In this document: in pieces, positions 50,744-64,000 of the stretch
Layout of the letters: each line of letters opens with the position of its first letter
How positions within the stretch are numbered: position 1 is the stretch's first letter
Origin: Torpedo marmorata
Taxonomy: Eukaryota
Assembly: GCA_977017645.1 (NCBI GenBank)
Contig: OZ360239.1
Span: 29,698,001-29,762,000, forward strand
Length of the DNA: 64,000 nucleotides
Reading direction: 5' to 3'
The notes under the pieces: model-generated
What the model saw: the letters and a program-made list of their open reading frames with translations, nothing else
Databases searched by the model: none
Told to the model about the DNA's origin: nothing
Position numbers and translations under genes: made by a program

Positions 50744-53700
50744 ATGGATGTAGAACATTTTTTGGAATCACCTGAACCTGATACTTTAAAAAAGGCGAAA
50801 AAGGAACAGTTAGTGGCTATAGCAAAAGAGTTGGGCATTGCTTCTGTAAAACCATCTATGAAAAAGGCAGAGATTGGGAGAAAAATAGTCAAATACTATA
50901 TAAAAGAAAAAAAAATTTGAGGAGAGCATGTTAGAGCAGTTTCCCAAGGGTAAACCTTCTGAAAACATACAATTGGAAATAAAGAAATTGGAATTGGAAC
51001 AAAAGAACAGGGAATTGGAGGCAGACAGGGAACAAAAGAACAGGGAATTGGAACAAAAGAACAGGGAATTGGAGGCAGACAGGGAACAAAAGAACAGGGA
51101 ATTGGAACAAAAGAAATTAGAAATGGAGATAGACAGAGAACAAAAGAGATATGAGAACGAGGAGAAAAATAGGAAATATGAGCTGGAAAAGATGAGGTTG
51201 GAAAATGAGAGGAGACAAGAAGAGCACCAAAATCAAATTCGTCATCCTGCTGAGGGGTTTTTGGCTAGTAGAGAAGTTAGGTTGGTTCCTCCATTTGAGG
51301 AGGCAGAAATAGATAAGTACTTCCAACATTTTGAGAAAGTGGCTGTGAAATTGAAATGGCCACAAGACCAATGGTCTCTTATGTTACAAAGTGTAATTAA
51401 AGGAAAAGCTCAGCAAGCTTATTCTACTCTTACCACAGAACAAGCTGCTGATTATGAAATGGTGAAGAAGGCTATACTCCAGGCTTATGAGTTAGTTCCA
51501 GAGGCTTATAGACAGAAGTTTAGAAATCTAAAAAGATCAGCAACCCAATCTTATACAGAGTTTGCCTATGAAAAAGTTGTGTGTTTTGACAGGTGGTGCA
51601 CATCTAAGGAAGTAAACAATGATTACAATCAATTGAGAGAATTGATAATAATCGAGGAGATAAAAAGGTGTGTTCCTGAGGATATTAAGGCCTACTTAGA
51701 TGAAAAGGAGGTGAAAACTTGGCAAAATTCAGCTAAGTTAGCAGATGAATATGCTTTAACCCACAAGCCTAAGTGGACGTCAGGTAGAATTTTCCAAAAG
51801 GTCACGGTGGATAATCAGAAGCAAGTGGAAAGTAAATTTGGAAGCGGTGTTAAGGAAAGGGATGAAGGAAAGTGGAAAAGGGAAAACAATTCAGGTCCCA
51901 TTTGCCACTACTGTAGAAAGGAAGGTCATATAATAGCAAGCTGTCCAGTGTTGAAAAAGAAGAGAGAAAAGGATGCAACACCTAATGCTTGTATTCAGAG
52001 TGAGAAGAGGCATAACACCCAGGAAGGAGATAAATTTACTGACCAAGTTAAAGATGTATTTAAACCTTTTGTGACTGATGGTTTTGTTTCAGTTAAGGTA
52101 GGATCAAAACAAGTGCCAGTGAAAATCTTGCGAGATACTGGAGCTGCTCAGTCACTTGTGTTAGATAGTGTCTTGGAATTTTGTGAAGCTACTGACACCG
52201 GTGACATAAATTTAATAAAAGGAATTGGTGGTGAAGTTGAGTCCATTCCTTTGCACAAAATAGTATTGAACTCAGACTTGGTGGAAGGACCAGTTATAAT
52301 AGGAGTGAGATCAGAGTTGCCAGTAGAAGGAGTCTCACTGTTGTTAGGCAATGACTTGGCCAAGGGTAAAGTAGTTCCTGCAGTGCGAATGACCACTAAG
52401 CCAGTCATTGATAAGTCAGAGAAAGACTCTGATATTTATCCGGCATGTGCCATAACCAGGGCCATGTCTAAGAAAAATGTCACTGTAGAGAAGGCAGTGG
52501 AAAATAACTTGGAAAAAGAAAAAGAAACTGATAATCAAGAAAACCTGGAAAAGGTTGAGCAATCTCCTATGTTACACCCATCCACTGATAAGACACCTAA
52601 AGGCACAGATTTGTCACTATCCCGACAGGAGTTAATAGCAAGGCAAAAGGACGATCCGGATCTTGCTGAGGTGAGGGATAAGGTTCTCTCTGAAGAGGAG
52701 ATTAAAAAGGTGCCAGTAGGGTATTATGAAAAAGATGGGGTGTTGATGAGAAAGTGGAGACCACGTGATGTTCCTGCCAATGAAGAATGGGCAGTAGTGC
52801 AGCAGGTTGTGATCCCTAAAGTATATTGGGATGAAATAATAACTTTGGCTCATAGTACACCCTTAGGTGGTCATCTTGGGGTGAAGAAAACTATAAGTAA
52901 GATAATGAAACAGTTTTATTGGCCCAGTTTAAGAAGGGAGGTTGTAAGCTTTTGCCGGGCCTGTCACACTTGTCAGGTGGTGGGTAAACCTAATCAGGGT
53001 CCCCCGGTGGCACCCTTGCAACCTATCCCTGCGTTTAGTGAGCCTTTCTCGAGAGTAATTGTGGACTGTGTTGGCCCATTGCCCAAAACCAAGGCGGGGA
53101 ATGAGTATTTGTTAACAATTATGTGTGCAGCCACCAGATTTCCAGAGGCCATTCCTCTGAGAAACATAAAAGCAAAGTCAATTGTAAAGGCTATGGTAAA
53201 GTTTTTCACCTTGGTAGGTTTGCCAAGGGAAATTCAATCAGATCAGGGCAGTAATTTCATGTCAGGCGTTTTCCAACAAGTGGTTGATGGACTAGGAGTT
53301 AAACAGATTGTATCCTCTGCGTACCATCCAGAAAGTCAAGGGGCCTTGGAGAGGTTCCATTCGACTTTGAAAACCATGATTAGAACCTATTGTTGTGAGA
53401 AGGAAAAGGATTGGGATGAGGGGGTTCATTTGTTGTTATTTGCAGCGAGGGAGTCTGTCCAAAATTCGCTTGGTTTTAGTCCATTTGAGTTAGTTTTCGG
53501 ACATGAGGTGAGAGGTCCTTTAAGATTATTAAAAGAACAGTGGATTAATCGTGATGTGCATTTAAATCTGTTAGATTATGTTTCCAAATTTAAGGATCGG
53601 TTACATAGGGCTTGTGAGATGGGAAAGGAGAATTTAAAGGCCACTCAACAGAAAATGAAGGTTTGGTATGATCGAAAGGCGAAGATAAGAACTTTTAAAC

Positions 53701-54653
53701 CTGGTGAGAACGTATTAGTTCTGTTTCCCATCCATTCAAATCATCTTAGGGCTAGATTTTCAGGACCCTATAGAGTTAAGTCAAAAATTAATGATGTCAC
53801 CTATGTCATAGAGACACCTAATCACAGACGAGACACACAGGTCTGTCATGTGAATATGATTAAGCCGTATTTTGAACAGGTGCCACACAAAGGGACTGAA
53901 AATTTACCTGAGGTACTGGTTATTGACAGGGGTAAGGAGGAGACAGATAGAACCAGTTTTAGAGAGGGTCATGGGACTGTTAATTCTCGGAGTTATGTTG
54001 TAGGACAGGGGAAGTTGGCGCCAGTAGAGGAAAAGGTTGTCGCTATTTCCGAGTTCCCTGTTCCAACTGGTAAGAAAACTCTGAGGAGGTTCCTGGGAAT
54101 GATTGGCTACTACCGCAAGTTCTGTAAAAACTTTGCTGATCTTGCGCTCCCTCTCACAAATTTGCTTAGAAAGAAAGAGAAATTTGTATGGTCTACAGGT
54201 TGTCAGGAAGCATTTGTCAAATTGAAAGCCATGTTATGCCACCAACCTGTGCTTAAGTCACCTAATTTAGAACAGTCGTTTTCTTTAGCCGTGGATGCGA
54301 GCGATGAAGCTGTGGGTGCGGTGCTGTTACAGAAGAAGAACGAAGAGGACATTGACCATCCGGTATCCTACTTCTCGAAGAAGTTCAATGATCATCAAAG
54401 GAATTATTCAACTATAGAGAAAGAGTTGTTGGCTCTTGTGTTGGCTCTACAACATTTTGATGTGTATATCTGTACAGCTCAAAAACCACTCATAGTGTAT
54501 ACTGACCATAATCCATTGGTTTTTCTTTGTAAAATGAAAAATAAGAATCGACGGTTGTTGAATTGGAGTCTAATTTTACAAGAATATAATTTGGTAATCA
54601 CTCATATAAAAGGGAGAGATAATGTAATTGCTGATTGTCTTTCTAGATGTTAA
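50744..54653 (+). CDS. Gag-Pol polyprotein (coiled coil, SCAN-like capsid, CCHC, protease, integrase, RT thumb, RNase H); frameshift in the A-run near 50915
   Basis: CHYCRKEGHIIASC, LRDTGA, H..GH..C..C, VDCVGP/SDQG/ERF integrase triad, GPY motif, RRFLGMIGYYRKF, AVDAS and ADCLSR. No YxDD motif. Confidence 0.88.
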
Positions 54654-57600
54654 ACTTTATCAATGAAAATAGTTCATATTTTGTATTTGTGGATGAACAT
54701 TGTAGATTTTGTTTATATTCTGACACCTCACTTACTTTCCTAAATTTTGTTCTTGCAGACCAAAATTTCCTTTGAGGGTGGGAGGTGTTATGGACCATGA
54801 CTGACCATTTGGACTGCGGACAGTTAGCAGGAAGGATGAATTCTTTTGGAGTATACACTGGGGCCAGGTACTGAAAGAGTTAACTTCCCCAGCTACTTGG
54901 TGTACCCAGACAAGATACATTGTTGCACACTTTTGATGTACCCAGACAGAGAGAGACAGAGAGAGACCAGAGAGAGCCTGGACAAGATACATTTGTTTCA
55001 CTTCTGCAAAAAGCAGGGGCAGATCTCTGCAAAGCAGACAGTTGTGAGTTCCAAGGCTACAGAAGAGCCAGATCCAGGTTTGTGTGCAAAAGTCAGAGAA
55101 GGACTGACAGAATAGCACATGGCCTCCTGTCTCAGAGAAAAATTCTGAGAAAAGCAACTTCTGTGGAGAACAGGCGTGAGATCAGCGAGACGAGCTGTGA
55201 GATTCAAGCATACGCCTAAATCAGTGGTATACTGATCTGGAACTTGCAATCCTTATGAACCTACAAGAAGGGGACGTCATCAGAGAAGAAAACAAGTATT
55301 TGTAAGCATAAACAGTCATTGTCTCTCTCCAACGTTCATTCAGAAGTACTTCTACCAGACCCAGAGCTGAAGTGAAGCCTGAACTTAGAGAGTGAATCTT
55401 GTGGACTGTTTATCTTTTTTTTTGACTGACTTGTTGTTTTATGACTGACCTGGAGTTTTTGGGGAAAGTTTTTCCATTTTTTCATAAGGGTTGGGCACAG
55501 ACTGTAATGGTCTGGGCTTTACACACACACACATACACCTTTTAGATAAGAATAGAGTTTATAGACGTTTATAGTGGGGTTAATTGTTGTGAAATTATAT
55601 GTTTACTTGTGTTTAATAAATAATAATTTCAATTTTTACCCCTTTTGCATTGCGTCTTCTGTCGTTGCTGGTTTGATTCTGTAACAATATGGAAGTATTG
55701 ACTCAAATAAAGGAAACTCATTTATTACCGAAAACATTTTTAAATGCTGTTATTACAGTTATACCAAAGAAAGATAGAGATGTATTAAAAACTGAGTCAT
55801 ACAGACCTATATCACTGTTGAATGTAGATTATAAATTAATGGCAAAAATTTTGACAAACAGATTAGCTAAGTTTTTACCGTTTTTAATACATCCAAATCA
55901 AGCAGGATTTATTAAAAATAGATATTCGAAGGATAATATAGCAAGATTAATAAGTTTAATTAATTTGCAAAAAAGGAAACAGGATTTACCGTTGGTGATA
56001 ACATTAGATGCAGAAAAAGCATTTGAAAGATTTGAATGGAATTTTTTATTTAAGGTTTTAGAGAAATATGGGTTTGGAAATACTTTTATAAATTGGATTA
56101 AGACTATATATAAGGAACCTACAGCTAGAGTAATTACAAATGGTCAGATATCATCTAAATTTTCCTTGACGCGATCAGCAAGACAAGGATGTCCTTTATC
56201 ACCTGCTTTATTTGTATTGGCAATAGAACCGCTGGCTGAAATGATTAGGAAAGATATCAATATAAATGGGATTAAGGTAGGTGCAGAAGAGCATAAAATT
56301 AGTTTATTTGCAGATGATGTATTAATATATATGACAAAATCTATTGGATCGCTTCAACAATTAGCTAAGATACTGAGGGAGTATGGTGAGATATCTGGTT
56401 ATAAAATAAATTCAGATAAGAGTGAAATAATGGCTTTATCTCAAGGAGATTATACTAAATGTAAAGAGGTTACAGGATTTAAATGGGCTAAAGAAGCAAT
56501 TAAATATTTGGGAGTTAAAGTAGATACAAAATTGGAAAATTTATATAAATTAAATTATATACCTCTATTTCAGAAAATAAAGAAAGATTTGGAAAATTGG
56601 AAAGATTTATCTATAACCCTAATGGGAAGAGTGAATTGTATTAAAATGAATATCTTTCCAAGAGTTCAATACCTTTTTCAATCTATACCTTTTGGAATTC
56701 CTCAAAAATTTTTTAAAGATTTAAAAATCATTGTTAGAAAATTTTTATGGAAAGGAAAATTAGCAAGGGTAAGTATGGATAAATTAACTTGGGAATATGA
56801 GATGGGTGGATTACAACTCCCCAATTTTCAATATTATTATAAGGCAGCACAATTAAAGTTTATTAATGAATTTTTTGATTTAACTAAATCTACTGCTTGG
56901 ATTAATATAGAATTGAATAATATAGGGGAAAGATATAAGGAAGATATTATTTATAAATGGAATTCTAAATTATTATTAGTTAAAAAGAAAAAATCACCGA
57001 TTATTAAACATTTACTGGAAATCTGGACTCAGTTAGACAATGAGATAGGACGAAAAGGGTCATTATCTTTGAATATGCCATTGTATCAGAATTTATTGTT
57101 ACCTTTTTCTATTGATAATCAATTTTTAAAATTATGGTTTCAAAAAGGAATTAAGAAGATTAAAGATTGTTTTGAGGCTGGAAGATTTGTTACATTTTCT
57201 AGGTTGAAAGAAAAATTTGGAATAATGGATAATACGATTTTGGCTTATTATCAGGTTTAAGGATTTTTAGTTGAGAAATTGGGGAATCAATTAATAACTC
57301 CTAGACAGGATGGATTAGAATTATTAATTACTAATGGAAATGTTAACAAGTTTATATCACAAATGTATAGATTACTTCAGAGAAAGATGCTTAAGGTAGG
57401 ATTGCATAAATCAAGATTAAATTGGGAATCAGATTTAAATATTAATATAGATGAAAAACATTGGAAAGAATTATGTAAATTGAGTATGACCAAAATTATT
57501 AATGTTAGATATAGATTAGTACAATATAATTTTTTTCATCAATTATATTTAACACCTAAAAAATTAAAGAAATTTAATCCGGCACTATCAGATATGTGTT

Positions 57601-59329
57601 TTAGATGTAGGGATGAAATAGGTTCTTTTGTACACTGTACATGGTCATGTTTAAAAATTCAAAATTTTTGGTCTAAAGTTAAGGATTTTTTGGATAGAAT
57701 TTTTAATATTACGGTTCCAATGGACCCTATGTTATTTTTATTTGGAGATATTAAAAAATTTAGTATTAGAAATAGATTGAATATGTATCAAATAGAATTT
57801 TTACGAATTGTTTTAGCGGTTTCAAAAAAATGTATCGCTATTACTTGGAAATCAGATTTAGATTTGAGTTTAGATAGATTACATGCAGAATTACATTCTT
57901 GTATACCATTGGAAAAAATTACATATAATTTACGTGATAAATATCATTTCTTTTTGAAAATTTGGAGCCCATATATGAGAATTATGGGTATGAATTAATT
58001 CTCTAGAAGTTGGTACCGCTGGCAAAAATAACCTCCAATATATAAATAGAATTAGCTTGTAATTTGTTTTCTCCTCACTTTAACTGTTTAATTCTTTATT
58101 ATTCAACTCTTTTCTTTTCTTTTCTTTATAACTAACATTCTTTTTGTTTTTTTCTTCTTTTAGAATAGTGCTGGGGGGGTTGGGGAGGGAAGGGTGGGAG
58201 GGGGGGGAGGTAATATATCACATGTATTTTAAATGATATACTATTTTTGATTCATGTATTTTGTGATTTTAAAATTTAAATAAAATTATAAAAAAAAAAA
58301 AAGAAAAAAAAAAGAACTTCAAATTCCTGGGTGTCAACATCTCCGAGGATCTGTCCTGGAGCCTCCACGTTGATGCAATCACAAAGAAGGCTCGCCAGCG
58401 GCTATACTTTGTGAGGTGTCTGAGGAGATTCGGTATGTCACCAAAGACTCTCGTAAACTTCGAAAGGTGTACCGTGGAGAGCATTTATGGCTGGTTGCAT
58501 CACTGCCTGGTTTGGAAGCGCCAACTCTCAGGACAAGAGTAAACTCCAGAGGGTTGTTAACTCGGCCTGTGACATCACAGGCACCAAACTTCACTCCATC
58601 GAGGACATCTACATGAGGCGGTGTCTTAAAAAAGCAGCCTCTATCCTCAAAGACCCCCACCACCCTCTTCACTCTGCTACCATCGGGAAAAAGGTACAGG
58701 AGCCTAAAGACGAGCACTCAATGGCACAAGGACAGCTTCTTCCCCGCTGCCATCAGATTCCTGAATAACCAATGAACCAAAGACACTGCCTTACTTTTCG
58801 TGCACTATTATTTATAATTTTTTACAGTAATGTCGTAAGATGGTTATAATATGAATGTTAATTGCACTATGGTGCTGCTGCAAAACACTGAATTTCATGA
58901 CTTGTTCATGACAATAAATTCTGATTCTGATTCACTCCTTTATTTCATGCCCATCTCAAACCATGTCTTTAAATCTGCTTACAAAGGCAATGCGTATTTG
59001 TCCAACATCATCCTTGAAAAAGCTGACTAGCTCTCAAAAACTCAGTTTAACTTAACTTGGACTATGACAATCATCAGGCGAGGAGGTGGAAGGGAGGAGG
59101 CAAGGAGGGAGGATGGAGGAGGAGCACAGGCTAACAGGCAAGAGGTAATAGGTGGATCCAGGTAGATGAAAAAGAAGCTGAGAAGTAATGGGGGAGAGAC
59201 AGAGGGCTCAGAAGGGTAGTTTTCTGAAAGGAGAAGGAAGTGAAGTGGGTGGAGAGCTTGCTTGCCCAATGTCTGACTCCAAGGTAGCCAAATTCGTGCA
59301 TCATACACTAAAGTCATCGATAATGAAGA

Positions 59330-59700
59330 ACATAACAGCAGGGAAAAACTGTCCTTGAATCTGGAGTTTGTGCTCTCAAACATACATATTTTCTGACCAA
59401 TGGAAGGGGGGGTGGGGGGGGGGTGGGGCAGAGGAGAGAAGAGAATATAACCAGGGTGAGATGAGTCCTTTAATATTTTGTCAGCTATCTCGTGATAGTG
59501 AGAGGTATGGACAGAGTCAATTGGTGGGAAGTTGGTTTTGGTGATGGCCTGACCTGTGTTTGCCACTCTCTACAGTTTCTTGCAGTTTTGGGAGAGTAGT
59601 TACTGTACCATGATGTGATACATCCAGACAGGATACTTTCTATGATGTGCCTATAAAAGCTGGAAAGAGACCTCAGGGACATGTTAAATTTCCTCAGGCG
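59330..59700 (-). mobile_element. Old Rex1/Babar 3' fragment (Penelope remnant adjacent at ~59070-59260)
   Basis: MSLRSLSSFYRHIIESILSGCITSWY..ILKDSSHPGY. Boundaries approximate. Confidence 0.7.
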
Positions 59701-60369
59701 ATTGGGCTAATCAATGAAAAATAGACAGATCTAGCAGTTCAAAACTGGGTATCCACAAGACAACTCTGGACATCAGTAGCATAACATTGCACCAAAATCC
59801 TTAAGTTTATTCCCCAGTTTGTTTTTCACTCAGCCACAACCATTTGGTTAAAAAACAATTGCACAATAGAACAGGCATGGAACAGTTCTAAATATATCCA
59901 GAAAAATAAGTTGCTGAATTTATAAAGCTAAAGCACTGGATCATATGCATTATGAATAGTCAAAAATCATACTGAAGGTGGGGTCAAACAAACCCACAAA
60001 TAACAAATCAGATAAGCAGTTTTGTCCCATCCAATCACATATGGTAGGAGACAATAGAACACAGAAATTCCATGAAGATCCCTGTCAAGAGACAAGATAC
60101 AACCACTTTTCATCCAAATTAACTGTAGATGATCTATTTCTGCGTTCCCTGCATCACACCCAACCATGTGAACCACACCATCGTAGAATCTGGTTTACAG
60201 GCAACTCGATTCACCATTTAAATTTAGAAATTGCCAAACATGTTAGGCATAGAAATCCTCCGACTCCTGAACACATTTGTTCCAGATAATTCATAAATGG
60301 GATTAGTGTGGAAGCGCAAAAATATCAGTAGGGATATGGTAGCCAAGGACCTGTTCCTTGGCTGTAGGA

Positions 60370-61490
60370 ACATCGCTGGCTCTTCACTCAGCTCTGGATC
60401 ACCTCGAAAACAGCAACTCATACATACGGCTGCTCTTCATAGACTACAGCTCAGACTTCAACACCATTATTCCCTCAGTGCTGGTCAAGAAGCTCCAAAC
60501 CCTGAGCCTCTGCAACTGGATCCTTGATTTCCTCATCGGAAGACCACAGTCAGTACAAATTGGAAACAACGTCTCCTCCTCACTAACTGTCAACACAGGC
60601 GCACCTCAGGATGCGGGCTTAGCCCACTGCTCGACTCACAATACGCCCATGATTGTGTGGCCAGGCACAATTCCAATGCTATCTACAAATTTGCCGATGA
60701 CACCACAGTTGTCAGCAGAATCACAAATGGCAATGAGGAAGCGTACAGAAGGGAGATAGCTCAGCTCTTTGAGTGGTGTCACAACAACAACCTTGCGCTC
60801 AACGTTAGCAAAACCAAGGAGATGATTGTGGACTTCAGGAGGAAGTCAGGGGAACATGACCCAGTCCTCATCGAGGGCTCAGTAGTGGAGAGGGTCAAGA
60901 ACTTCAAATTCCTGGGTGTCAACATCTCCGAGGATCTGTCCTGGAGCATCCACGTTGATGCAATCACAAAGAAGGCTTTCCAGCGGCTATACTTTGAGGT
61001 GTTTGAGGAGATTCGGTATGTCATCGAAGACACTCGTGGATTCTCACTGGTTGAATCAATGTCTGGTACGGAGGTGCCAACGGTCAAGCAAGAAAAAACT
61101 CCAGAGAGTTGTTAACTCGGCCTGCGACATCACAGGCACCAAATTTCACTCCATCGATGACATCTACAAGAGGCGATGTCTTAAGAAAGCAGCCTCTATC
61201 CTCAAGGACCCCCACCACCCAGGCCATGCCCTCTTCACTCTGCTTCCATCGGGAAAAAGGTACAGGAGCCTAAAGACGAGCACTCAGCGGCACAAGGACA
61301 GCTTCTTCCCCGCTGCCATCAGATTCCTGAATGATCAATCAACCAAAGACACTGCCTTACTTTGACTTTTCGTGCACTATTTTTTATTTATTGTTGTAAG
61401 GTGGTTCATATGAATGTTTGCACTGTGATGCTGCCGCAAAACAACGAATTTCGTGACTTGTTCATGACAATAAATTCTGATTCTGACTCT
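60370..61490 (+). mobile_element. 5'-truncated Rex1/Babar LINE
   Basis: [28 protein letters not shown] with frameshifts. Tail CAATAAATTCTGATTCTGA. Confidence 0.9.
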
Positions 61491-61884
61491 ATTACTCAAT
61501 CTAACCTGTTGTTGTACAGCTACAACGACAACTGCTCATCAAAACTGAAATTTTCTAAAGTGTGCTTTAGAAACGCAGGATAAATCATAATTCAGGCCAA
61601 TTAATACCTCCATCAGTCAATTTTTAAATTGAAGGCAATCATAAAATGGTACTTACTCATAAATGCTCAGTTTGGATTCCATAAGGACTAATTCGTCCAC
61701 GACCTCATTCCAATATTTGTCCAAACATTCACAGAAAGAGTTGAATTCCAGATGACATCAAGACAGTGTATGACATTGAGGTAGCATTTACTTCTCATGT
61801 AATAACAAAGAATCCAATAAAATTGAAATCTGTTGGAATTCGGGTAAAATATTCCACTGACTATCATCGAGGGAGCGGTCATCG

Positions 61885-64000
61885 TCGGAGCGGTCAGAGT
61901 GGATAATTTGGAGAGGGAGATTGAATGTTTGGAGAAGGATTTGCAAAAAAAGAGATCAGAAGAAAAAAAGGAATAATTTAGTTGGAAAAAAATTGCATTA
62001 TAATTTGTTACAAACATATTAAATGGAAAAATTAATTGAAAGAACTAAACAAAGATATTATGAATTGGGAGAAAGAGCACATAAAGTGTTGACGTGGCAA
62101 TTAAAGAAAGATCAAACTTCTAGAACTATAGATGCTATAAAAAAGGACTCTAAGAAAATAACGTATAAACCTCGAGAAATAAATTACTCTTTTAAAGATT
62201 ATTATTTGAATTTATATAAATCTCAGATTAATCAAGATGATTCTAAAATTAATAGATTTTTATCTAAAATTAAGTTACCTAGATTAAATACTCAAAGTAA
62301 AGAATTTTTGGACTCGTCTTTTTCAATGAGGGAAGTTAATGAGGTTCTTACTTCTTTAACGAGTGGTAAATCTCATGGGGAAGATGGTTTTCCATCAGAA
62401 TTTTACAAAGAGTTTAAAGATTTATTGATACCTCCATATATGGATGTGTTGAAACAAATAACGGAAACTCATTCGTTACCGGATATATTTTCAAATGCAA
62501 TAATTACAGTTATACCTAAAAAAGATAGAGATGTGTTGAAAACAGAATCATATAGACCAATTTCATTGTTAAATGTGGATTATAAGATAATGGCAAAAAT
62601 TTTAGCAAATATAGTGGCTAATTATCTACCAGATTTAATCCATGTAGATCAAGCTGGTTTTATTAAAAATAGATATTCAAAGGATAATATAGCTAGATTA
62701 ATTAGTTTAATTAATGTGCATAAAAATAAGGATGATTTAGCATTAGTATTAACGTTAGATGCTGAAAAGGCTTTTGGTAGATTAGAGTGGAATTTTTTAT
62801 TTAAAGTATTGGAGAAATTTGGTTTTGGAACTATATTTATTAATTGGATTAAAACTATATATAAAGAACCATCTGCTAAAGTGGTTACAAATGGACAAAT
62901 TTCTTCAAGATTTCTTTTGACCAGGTCAACTAGACAAGGATGTCCTTTGTCACCAGCATTGTTTACTTTAGCAATAGAACCTTTGGCAGAATTAATTAGA
63001 CAAGACGTTAAGATTGCAGGTATTCAAGTTGGAAGAGAAGAGCATAAAATTAGTTTATTTGCAGACGATGTATTGATATATATGACAAAACCTATTACTT
63101 CTTCAATACAATTGACTGCTTTCTTGAGAGAATACGGGGAAATATCTGGTTATAAGATTAATTCTGATAAAAGTGAAATTATGGCATTAACACAAGGGGA
63201 TTATAGTAAATGTAAAGAAATTACACAATTTAAATGGTCAAAAGAAGGAATTAAATATTTGGGAATAAAGATTGATACAAAATTAGTTAATTTGTATAAA
63301 TTAAATTATTTACCATTATTTATGAAAATTAAAAAAGATTTAGAGAGTTGGAAGGATTTACCTATAACTTTAATCGAAGGGTAAATTGTATTAAAATGAA
63401 TGTTTTTCCAAGAATTCAATATCTTTTTCAATCAATTCCTTATGAAATTCCTCAAAACATTTTTAAAGATTTAAACTTAATTATTAGGAAGTTTTTGTGG
63501 AAAGGAAAGTTGGCTAGAGTAGGTATAGAGAAATTAACTTGGAATTATGAAATGGGTGGTTTACAACTTCCTAATTTTCAAAATTATTATAAAGCAGCTC
63601 AACTAAAATTTGTTAATGAACTCTTTGATTTAACTAAGTCTTCTGCTTGGATTAGAATAGAATTAAATAATATAGGAGAAAATTCCAAAGAAGTTATTTA
63701 TAAATGGAATTTGAAATTAATATTAACAAGAAGGAAGAATTCTCCTATCTTTAAACATTTGTTAGAAATATGGAACAGAGTGGATAGGGAAATAGGAGGA
63801 AAAGGGTTGATTTCTCCAAAAATGCCTTTATATCAAAATGAACTTATTCCATTTACTGTTAATAATCAATTATTTAAAATTTGGTTTCAAAAAGGAATTA
63901 AGAAAATAAATGATTGTTTTGAAGCTGGTAAATTTATTACTTTCCAAAGAATGAAAGATAAATTTAATATATTGGATAATACACGTTTTGCTTATTATCA
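61885..64000 (+). mobile_element. 5'-truncated L1 ORF2 (RT), running off the window
   Basis: 453-aa ORF with YRPISLLNVDYK, LDAEKAF, RQGCPLSP and FADD. Frameshifts near 62020 and 63378. Same family as 48300-58311. Confidence 0.92.

Larger units (their letters stand above)
49713..55686 (+). mobile_element. Gmr1-like Gypsy LTR retrotransposon with the RT core deleted
   Basis: LTRs at 49713-50612 and 54786-55686 with about 8 differences counted by eye. TSD ATAT, tRNA-Pro PBS, and PPT GAGGGTGGGAGG. Confidence 0.95.
48300..58311 (+). mobile_element. L1 with near-complete ORF2 (APE, RT, Cys-rich), split by Gypsy
   Basis: LQETH, GGDFN, SRIDLFL, SDHSP, then YRPISLLN, RQGCPLSP and FADD. 3'UTR and poly(A). 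14-bp TSD AAGAACTTCAAATT at 48286 and 58312. One stop at 57258-60. Confidence 0.93.
47403..58932 (+). mobile_element. 5'-truncated Rex1/Babar LINE, split by L1 (host parts 47403-48299 and 58312-58932)
   Basis: The RT sequence stops at VERVKNFK and resumes at FLGVNISEDL after the insertion. Same 3' tail as the other Rex copies. Confidence 0.93.

Noticed and set aside
61864-61896. 15-nt tandem duplication CATCG..GGAGCGGT at an L1 5' junction
   Set aside because: Too short to assign; probably extra junction nucleotides.

Overview
AT-rich, repeat-dense vertebrate genomic DNA. The repeat set (V-SINE/HE1-like SINE, CR1, Rex1/Babar, L1, Penelope, Gmr1-type Gypsy, BEL/Pao, pogo) suggests a cartilaginous fish; this is an inference. 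No intact host gene exon could be supported. The standout is a minus-strand BEL/Pao LTR retrotransposon (32407-39699, 5-bp TSD TGCAG). Its pol region is replaced by an intronless ZNF598 (ribosome-collision E3 ligase) cDNA joined in frame to gag. The cDNA is split by a third, partial LTR, which implies four template switches. The element has no tRNA primer site; instead its PBS-position sequence is a perfect 15-nt complement of a sequence inside its own LTR, suggesting Tf1-like self-priming. Other notable structures: a three-level nest (Rex1/Babar > L1 > RT-deleted Gmr1-like Gypsy with near-identical LTRs), two 5'-inverted (twin-primed) L1 insertions, a Penelope with minimal hammerhead-like motifs, a pogo transposon, MITEs and two solo LTRs. 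Coordinates were counted by eye; boundaries without a TSD are approximate.
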